64,000 nt of DNA from Chrysiogenes arsenatis DSM 11915 (GTDB lineage: Bacteria > Chrysiogenota > Chrysiogenetes > Chrysiogenales > Chrysiogenaceae): contig NZ_AWNK01000004.1 of assembly GCF_000469585.1 (NCBI RefSeq), forward strand, positions 40,311 to 104,310, read 5' to 3'. The notes beneath the pieces were generated by a model. It did not search any database. It was given only the letters and a program-made list of their open reading frames with translations, and was not told the DNA's origin. This document shows positions 61,901-64,000 of the stretch, piece after piece (position 1 is the stretch's first letter; every line of letters starts with the position of its first letter). Made by a program: the position numbers and the translations under genes.

Positions 61901-64000
61901 GCACCGTTTGCGAGCCGATCAGTCTGATTTCGCTCCCGCTGCCGGTCGTGGTGATTTGACTGGTGCGAGCGATCAGAATACTCACGCCATCGCTGTTTGC
62001 TCCGTTAAGGTCTATCAGCTCAATACCGCTTTTGCGCACGCCACCGTAAATTTCGACGTTGCCGCTAATGGCGGTCTGCCCTTCCCAATAGACCCAGTGG
62101 TCGGATTGTAAAGAGAGGTCGGCATTAAGCCCGCGAGTTTCAATATTGCCCAGCATAAAGAGGGCGCCTGCTCCGCCAATGTGGATATCCGCATTGTTCC
62201 CAAGCGTCGTGAGTGTGCCCGTGAGCAAGAAACCAAAGTTTGGTTGGGCACTGCCCGTCGCTTGGTAGAGTGGGTGGGGAGTGCCGAGCGTGCTAAAATA
62301 CGCATCAACATAATTTACACTCGAAGCGATACCGGCACGTGGCGTCCCCATATCAAGCGTAAGTTGGCCGCTGGCACTCACGGTGCCAGCAATCCACATT
62401 TCCGCTTGCGAGTAGAGGTAGACACTGGCCTGCGCCCCTGTTTGGTAGGCAATTGATTCATTGAAGGCCACGCCAGCATTGATGGCCGAACCACTGCCGA
62501 TGATCATGGCCTGGCTTGATTCAAGGTAAATGCTGGAATTTTGTGCGAGTGCCGAGATTTCGGATTGAGCGTTCAGGATAAGTTCACCACCCGAAACCAA
62601 ACGGATAGTGCCGCCATTCGGGTTGGTGGCTACGATGCTATCAACAATAACGCTCTGGTTAGTTTGGATAATGACGTCGTCACCACGTGCGGTGAGTCCG
62701 CTCGCGTTTGGATCATTAAAGCCGATATTGACGTCCTCGGCCACTTGCAACACGAGGCTATCAATGCGGTATTTATTGGCAATGAGCATACCCGATTCTA
62801 ACGCCAGTGTGCCGCCATCGGTTGCATCATCGGCAATAATTTGCTGCCAAATATTGGTATTGGAAAAATCTTGTTTACTCAAATCAAGAGTCGCTGCGGC
62901 TCCAACATACTCGTACAGGCCGTATTCGGACTTGGAGTATTGCACTTGCACCAGTGCACCCGTATTGAGGCCCAGCGCACTGTTTTGGCTGCTTTCGGTG
63001 CGTCGATCGGTACCAGTACTATAATCAGCAGTAATGCGTTGCCAAAGAGTCGTATTGTCAAAGGGATTTTCTAGCGTGGTTAGATCGACCTGCTCATTCG
63101 AGCCGAGATAGCGATACAATTCATACGCCACGCCAATGACATCACCGGCTCCGGCGCTAGCCAAGGCGCGTTGTTCGGCGACACTCAGTTCGTCAAAGCG
63201 ATGTGGTGCGGTAATGACGAGCACGTCACCAAGTTGACCAACTTGTCCACCGCCCCACGCTTCAGCGATAACGCTATTGGCTTTGATGTTGAGGAAATCG
63301 TTCGAGGTGGCTGCGCCGAGCTGACGGGTATCAATATGTGGGTTCAGGAACCCAGCAAAGCCCGCATTGAGGCGATATTGGGCACGCGAACTTGATATGC
63401 CAGACTCTACTATTAAACTGGCAACACCAGCATTCACCTGATTGGCATTTGTTTGTACACCATTGGCACCATCAATTATGGAACCGCTAAGAGTAATTAA
63501 CGTTACATTGCCGTTCTCTGAAGCTACCGAGGCGGCGGCATTCTCCCACGCTGTGGGGCGTACCAACACCATATCACCTTCAGTTTGGGTAATGCGGACA
63601 TTGCCTTCGGCACGCACCGCTAATCCACCGTCGCCCTGTGTATTGCTGACGAGATGGATATGGCTCACTTCACCGTTAATGGCATCAAGGTGTACTACGT
63701 TACCCCGAATGCTCATGTACTCAGTTTCACCCTGCCCTTGGCTGACTATCCCCTCTGCAGCGCGGATAGTGACATCGCCGGTAGTTGATTCAACTTTAGT
63801 AGCTTGGAAGAGACTGCTCAGGTTATCGCTCGATATAACTTGAACGAAAATATCATCGCCTGCGGTGATACTGGCAAAGCCTCTATTCCCTTCCATCATC
63901 AAAGTGACACTGCCACCGGCCGTAATGCTCGGCGCTATCCCATAATACGCAGCGCCGTCAGCAAAAGTAACATTGCCCTGGCTGTTTATCGCCATGAACA
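43902..64000 (-). CDS. Giant repeat-rich beta-helical surface protein (putative adhesin/S-layer-like filament, probable cargo of the adjacent export genes). More than 6,697 aa, with the 5' end outside the window.
   Basis: A single uninterrupted minus-strand frame of 20.1 kb ends with TAA at 43902-43904. Composition is T/G/S/A/V/N/I/L-rich with hundreds of degenerate ~20-25-aa beta-strand repeats (..TLTVGGATTVEGTLDIGGDLAITGTG..). Beta-helix repeats run to the window edge, so the N-terminus is further upstream. No RTX GGxGxD nonapeptides are seen. Confidence 0.85.
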   Translation of the reverse strand, partial: FMAINSQGNVTFADGAAYYGIAPSITAGGSVTLMMEGNRGFASITAGDDIFVQVISSDNLSSLFQATKVESTTGDVTIRAAEGIVSQGQGETEYMSIRGNVVHLDAINGEVSHIHLVSNTQGDGGLAVRAEGNVRITQTEGDMVLVRPTAWENAAASVASENGNVTLITLSGSIIDGANGVQTNANQVNAGVASLIVESGISSSRAQYRLNAGFAGFLNPHIDTRQLGAATSNDFLNIKANSVIAEAWGGGQVGQLGDVLVITAPHRFDELSVAEQRALASAGAGDVIGVAYELYRYLGSNEQVDLTTLENPFDNTTLWQRITADYSTGTDRRTESSQNSALGLNTGALVQVQYSKSEYGLYEYVGAAATLDLSKQDFSNTNIWQQIIADDATDGGTLALESGMLIANKYRIDSLVLQVAEDVNIGFNDPNASGLTARGDDVIIQTNQSVIVDSIVATNPNGGTIRLVSGGELILNAQSEISALAQNSSIYLESSQAMIIGSGSAINAGVAFNESIAYQTGAQASVYLYSQAEMWIAGTVSASGQLTLDMGTPRAGIASSVNYVDAYFSTLGTPHPLYQATGSAQPNFGFLLTGTLTTLGNNADIHIGGAGALFMLGNIETRGLNADLSLQSDHWVYWEGQTAISGNVEIYGGVRKSGIELIDLNGANSDGVSILIARTSQITTTGSGSEIRLIGSQTVHTNGEIVAGGNIGSTGFVFNAANNRLYLESLHQQVRIDSGLAASGNAEIRAGIPQNSIYDGVGIQVTAAGGITVGGGISATPQPNTQTGTLTLTTAGHIEVMGNLLAGGSVNRTIAGGVPTESIHWINTEATMTIVALGQLYLGGKAAATGGGTIEVGGTLRAGGAMTLQGGSGRNHGAGDDNLAIKMPATAVAVVKNPDGILKMIADADAQIWGFAASGGELQPIYNADGEQIDALYTQHAGASGAVHFEVDGTLTVLGTVRANSDISLIATDTITIGGAALLKTSEAHSTIRLESEGRTVIQPKANSGDPATVQSAGSVKIIVATTAQMELGAGQIVAAGGLQIGSTQNLIINSTLDGSDFGVTHLSLQSQGDITVTTDGYLIADDAVSLSGRTIDFQGALVVRNATSSVISTLFASENLTLSGNVRGGTIMLEAGDTLSLANAMLGVRSTHQTDVTEAAALLQSLTLKAGNDINIGNTTPHVGQLDPSSVTIQVANDLHIDAGATLHLAGNAALYLRGDGSELTVTAHDAFWVGQAYAGARFDAENPTEADWSAGNIAHVTFNLDGQLQMGGQVLNTTTNELVASLALIQASGNIQLQTGLDSTDDLLKFNPFSRIVGNNVTITTSGLLWMAGGEVWATTSLELHGGTGVSSHPDLGLLVEAGHTLRVAGGTLTLTAVDDIFVKTRLGAEINEGGEYLHLVSDIHLHSSAGSIYIGDGIVDGEGIAAHAGQLHAANTIALHAAQQLNILAAALVETTGTGSTLRAQADAELLIDGSARLQSGALLHLLSQAIAINGEVKVTDLPSGENVARLLINTAGQLVLNGLLDSSGDIDIRAGVDLSLGHVALQAAQTTASLQAAGNVYVLGIGGATAARDLNIQTGGDLILQASIAGTQERTIRVPTLITQITFVPIVTGTQSVAVGTITIPKIVWSETTRMEIVSQSRVTVGYEYVMMNVALEQTGYHNGTNFKEFFIEGQDYQNSVVNWNNAATELLPNRTATAPSANTRFDQLNEAQRQAVLNYLGYKPLFQFSYSNAQKVTVTNGTATATAHTPSWHGNAQQVTSVDVAGWRDMLISLPQGAEADILRVVSQGGPQYLVNDTTMNGNNSGTWKSAAELGVTVTYRNAVGHTQASFVHGTHYTNENIVWGNYGLSAPTAGTTFAALSDAQKMAVADTLGYVPLFSSPVAGGDLLGEFVGNFKDVAQVKYTQAASQWTGVIPFPDIISAANEVIDGNDPAYWDVTYVGGGSREYSVVGSAGFSSGLLPTWAVDYGINSNVVTAGFTPSEPATQLIRADNRFVEALINNTGNMNVVVTTPRSNQYAGSYRIADLYTPETSAIYIVIVGENYTTPTAGSMMELLKQNFSTLLDAELDPNTSIATLDATQSTLYSNLIDRLVTYSWNTSMSPRHIYTAHYFNSIDNFSNSIQDHASHVASGHVSLREKLDIFSRLVSGDLYGTLQIGFSWKHHDTALVPGTGLDTTLSIFYHIDDWQTKNAPLETFTDYTYDWTSNTTDLRDQRMKLHYQVVYEPNDVTQLVSQYGAITTQVATVVDETVTQWETQNTYGLEGRAEQVPGFESQVQEQAAFAGQSLQAGNIRLESAGAVDLRGLVTATQALTVEAGGLLSVQGQAAVEGSGVLASQSILTAESLSLIAGELALANTSTLLASNISLNSAQDASLAGQIGSAALVDGQVVVEAQHHLHILGEVYAHHITLQANTGDIVLDASSFVEGIGAGNTVTLISTQGDLIQQASFTGDTLMARAYLQGETLHLAAGGTATLVLNDVQSLKLSGTGSTMDISHVGNLDLSLVNAVDMLVTLTNTGNLRVVDAQLSGDVSQNRLTLEVQTVLGEGFNVGDTVAVNAAQAQIAIGTLVSSGYVHLITPGRVQNIDENTPAIAVEQLHLSLGTATSLRTQAGRIDAELASGDLTLNQSGRALILGDILLDAGNVAVVSNDRLVVENIWIRGGNNGVRDFVSVTTTADIVGATVDQAMIRADQLILDAGTGVSGLEVAVNHLQASSDSGDLIVRDRSLAGQTSPGLLLGTVALQGSGLLHISAQDDVRLDKEAQVSGHTIRLQSEEGNVLVEKPDGWSSSADDSVTGYTNLALVATQGSVNLYRQFNQAAGTLEYRASAFAFGNAGSQVTSFDEDMSADKVIIHAVHSGTGVDDSGQTLTLNAAIRANALVELVSDANIMFEGDLLRLDNPAGKIDKLVMRASGLSDIAVVNLEGENPGTPTEGSPTESSPSGFIRVIAPTLMVHVLDMRAKESVSIATTNDLYLNGVIAGLTSLEPLNSLKIEAAHLNLAAGVINASSLIELHADRISMNTGGLLKSETLRVRATDDVTLFTNVKSLDVQTDSGNLTVRQSGVLKVEQMITGNGAIDLRTKDDLTLVDVRSMTNSVTNTISVATLGDIKVGLVSAPAGAVTLDTIGTIQRMEAAPSGAVHIVGDTVSILGATGALDTLNIATSSGEFTRNMVSQSALSLAQLETDVQGDYVVSIPKPILNSQVGLGGDGYVPLTATATGNIWVTDLPLGDGQSLDLASSGGDIVLGSNVGTGNSDISLTGNTVLSSGTITAKNLTVAVTQDTTLSTQTANLNLNTQATAGVALTVQQQGDLAGGTVAMQGGSLNLQVSGNAQLTNLTNSSAGGAELKVDFTLADSTNTSVTLNGVNSANANTHIRSNAALNISGEVSTGATGALNLETTKTVALNLTGNNANQLTVTQLKSEGLTVDNSGDTVLKLDGDINVGAGDFVVNSDTTYLGGTVQGGSLNITGSGATTNLSGRHLFAGEYTIHDSLRIVGSSVSVTSGGDITLGGESAGYYLAANSGGVETTFNLNLSDGGRVIVWSEVGSGSGTAPATGYLAGMNITGASDVTFEEAVTIAGDLVINATGDVIFKKGVTLLDGGSLTIIGGTVGFGSGMVTLSGSTAGNIAITADIVTADADLNIALNGGTIKFNAKVQAATLAITGATVANFNDNVSVSEDLTLIVDAVHLADGKTFTGSDGSELIIGAYSAERNVNIGVSAGDALNISNSMLANSHGFSQFIFGHLEKAGGEWQGNETASGVVTVGASLDAAAMLHTDTTVYGTTLTLKAVATSASNLSLITTHGLTLGNTVVDGNLTILATGDVAQASGTTLATDSLQLDVSGNVTLQNQQALTLLESQVGGDLDISAAGDITQSGSLTVTGWSEIEARSLDGITDYDITLTHVGNNFTGSVALRGKNASLVDQSVSLANVTLSGSLTLDATAGAIIQATGTAISVAGLADLTATTDITLGIDDSDGFTSGLLQLKATDVTLCDTGSAITLTGQSVVTGGVALSSTVGGILANTAAWLEVGGTTLLTVTAGSNVLLENENNRLAGSVTFANAHNVTVHNMLNTQLSASTISGDFTVVTAGNITQSGALDVSGDMALHATGSVVLENLANEFSGNVSLVAASANIVNNRALELGELTITGDMDIYAHGVISQAGVMVISGESRITAASGDERFDITLTDAQNRFVGAVALIGANVTVATNEQLELGVSSIRGDLRVAGQGIVQSGAITVGGVAHLSAGAGVITLDDTSNQFASTVHLHNSGDYAVTLTQDGALELGTSSVGSGSLTIAATGAITQTGALVQALNAGLVTFTTQAGEIALTNSTNNFTGVVLILNDGEHAISIADIDDVKLGAITSNSDLKVHAGGHVSQVDTIEVGGLTDVTAASITLGIENNFSTETMRFSSEGEVIVNVAAGADAIMTGNNTAGSLVLTTVDGAIGTRNETIITVLGHASFTAGSGADITIDEPVTARFGSLQFTTTGAVEISHTGDLLLLQASSTQQLTLHATGNITDGDTGVLHVINATLLRVADEKAIHLDNNHSLGGAIHITNAYDVALKNTQSIHLGAVNVTNDLILETDGSIETEANVTIDVAGVVALLVGDGSDIVIGTESNVTFGALQFSTTGNVVITQSAPLTLAGASFAGGNLSLTAQGTVTNRTDATLTVTGSTTLQATETADIILDNAHNFGGAVTVLGARNVTLSDVNTLTLANLTVTGNLVATAVHELSTLEGAQIAVEENSRFSGSAVTIDTDSFTTGTLTFVSNGNVRITHDGDMVLAGESTAKTLELVVSGSLNDGATGKLSVTGITKLTADAASDIVFDNSHNFGGAVTVHQAKNVHLKAANNLTLSNITVGGDLRAQAVNVLSNLTQAQLTITGHAAFSGGEIRLGNAVGDFFSAGTLTVNSAGAVVLELDNAVTFVGSNTAGRLNVTTPESITAGASTQLIVTGDNSFTAQSIALANDTDDVLRLGGKTTMRATNGDISLGANTQSEVRIASLNVTTLNGDATLFIDGDTYLFGRNAVAGTLHIDTLGALTSNQASALSLTVSGTSTINSQGNMVLIGDFKLRSDTTIDSKADLTIIGELTVAGDFVANSDGASILRGTFSTTGSSNLSATNDLTLKGRYTGGGVTMTVGGATNVEGRLVSTGDLGITGTGNVALSNAITIDGNTNIDAKADLTIDGDFTGVNITMTVGGTTTVEGTLDIGGDLAITGTGAAMLSDTITISGDATIETDADLTLEGNFTVGGALITSSVGKSILDGTFIVEGSTELTSTGALLIEGDFTGAAVTLTVGGATTIEGELDVAGNLAITGTGAVTLSDAITISGDTTIDAKAGLAIIGTFSGANVTLTVGGTTAVAGTLDISGNLGITGTGAVTLSDMITITGDTTIDAKAGLAIIGTFTGANVTLAVGGTTAVAGTLDISGNLGITGTGAVMLSDSITITGDTTIDTDAALTIDGDFNGANVTMTVGGTTTIEGELDVAGNFDITGTGAVILSNAIAIDGDTNIDAKVDLSITGTFSGAKVTLTVGGTTTIEGELDVAGNLGITGTGAVILSNAIAIDGDTNIDAKADLSITGTFSGANVTLTVGGATTIEGELDVAGNFDITGTGAVILSNAIAIDGDINIDAKADLSITGTFTVGGALITSSVGKSILDGTFIVDGSTELTSTGALLIEGTFTSANVTLTVGGATTVEGTLDIGGDLAITGTGAVMLSDAITISGDATIETDADLTLEGNFTVGGALITSSVGKSILDGTFIVDGSTELTSTGALLIEGTFTSANVTLTIGGTTTIEGELDVAGSLAIIGTGAVILSDAITISGDTTIDAKADLSITGTFSGANVTLTVGGATTVEGTLDIGGDLAITGTGAVMLSDAITISGDATIETDADLTIEGNFTVGGALITSSVGKSILDGTFIVEGSTELTSTGALLIEGTFTSANITLTVGGATTVEGTLDIGGDLAITGTGAVMLNDTITIIGDATIETDADLTLEGNFTVGGALTTSSAGESILDGIFIVEGSTELTSTDALLIEGTFTSANVTLTVGGATTVEGTLEIGGDLAITGTGAVILSDAITITGDTTIKTDETLTIEGNLTVGGDLSAHSGGTTTLQGVFTIAGLNTITTSGDLRLSELELATDTVTVIMVQAGVSGEQRNFILDGALNFSGEHLQIEVENGSIIVQSDIASSGNVSLLARNGNVEFIDSLVHITGDATLDISAQSVSMTAKALLQTQNNIRIEATHSMSISHVTTPTAVSLVGGVITSAPSSTVNILAKYLRVTGSQLGESGRPFVVEVDSLSADIGHGGIFLAAQEDLRIGDNDQFGELTVLRMTNEALVEEITDSMLNGTSSHGTIELHAVHGSLILAMNISGVDSTVVLSSGKSIVQEATLSLTGQGEVRYTAPVIEMKASAQTLSERGDIYFTSTDSILLIAHVATGGDVWLESSEYRIQSSLGTQAANIVANQVFIKTIPFFIDQPVASLIPQLEAIRADLLKIDAAQIHGIVGPGQLYSVVDDATGDSYIFGIRGIDQRVYVISVGNHAVVHGPVRAEFKLSAFESVRFSGSQGGGASASASKTIQELSIENMDALRLHNATTFLDHASLSRLQKATMSSFMNLSDLGISDGMFGGINFDFGFMQQAPVGLEPGFNLQMPYTSSKVVNFYGDFQFSSFGSSIQDSFIFDFYTEEEFEF
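45650..48850. repeat. About 3.2 kb of near-identical tandem DNA repeats (units ~300 bp and ~180 bp) inside the giant gene
   Basis: Example: 45781-45950 versus 46081-46250 versus 46852-47020 are almost base-for-base identical. They encode alternating ~99-aa and ~60-aa modules (..ETDADLTLEGNFTVGGALITSSVGKSILDGTFIVEGSTELTSTGALLIEGTFTSANVTLTVGGATTVEGTLDIGGDLAITGTGAVMLSDAITISGDATI.. and ..DAKADLSITGTFSGANVTLTVGGTTTIEGELDVAGNLGITGTGAVILSNAIAIDGDTNI..). Confidence 0.8.

Overview
This 64 kb window reads as chromosomal DNA from a Gram-negative bacterium, probably a proteobacterium (GC ~50%). It carries housekeeping anchors, two signalling neighbourhoods and, in its right half, a long co-directional minus-strand export operon that I regard as the candidate undescribed system.

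Housekeeping anchors: gyrB, rpsO-pnp, gmhA with a family-1 glycosyltransferase, umuDC, and an NfeD/stomatin pair.

First 25 kb (sensory signalling): an ABC-2 transporter pair, two methyl-accepting chemotaxis proteins (one with a C-terminal hemerythrin domain, one with a periplasmic CxxCH haem-c motif), an ATP-grasp ligase, a multi-step His-Asp phosphorelay ending in diguanylate cyclases, a PAS-GGDEF-EAL protein, an EAL-HDOD protein, a YdiJ-like FAD/Fe-S oxidase, and a cheY-cheC-GGDEF-cheA operon.

Right half (~33.7-64 kb): one tight minus-strand operon. In transcription order it encodes a giant repeat-rich surface protein (more than 6,697 aa, N-terminus beyond the window end), a SapC-family protein, a TolC-like outer-membrane factor, three different HlyD-type periplasmic adaptors (one fused to an intact M50 intramembrane metalloprotease, one fused to a large cytoplasmic domain), a truncated SecA-family motor ATPase, and a 284-aa unknown. 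The cluster has no ABC, RND or MFS inner-membrane transporter, and no RTX nonapeptide repeats are visible in the giant protein.

I saw no rRNA, tRNA, CRISPR array, transposase or integrase. Several intrinsic terminators and a perfect palindrome are noted. The many plus-strand ORFs inside the giant gene are repeat-driven shadow ORFs.
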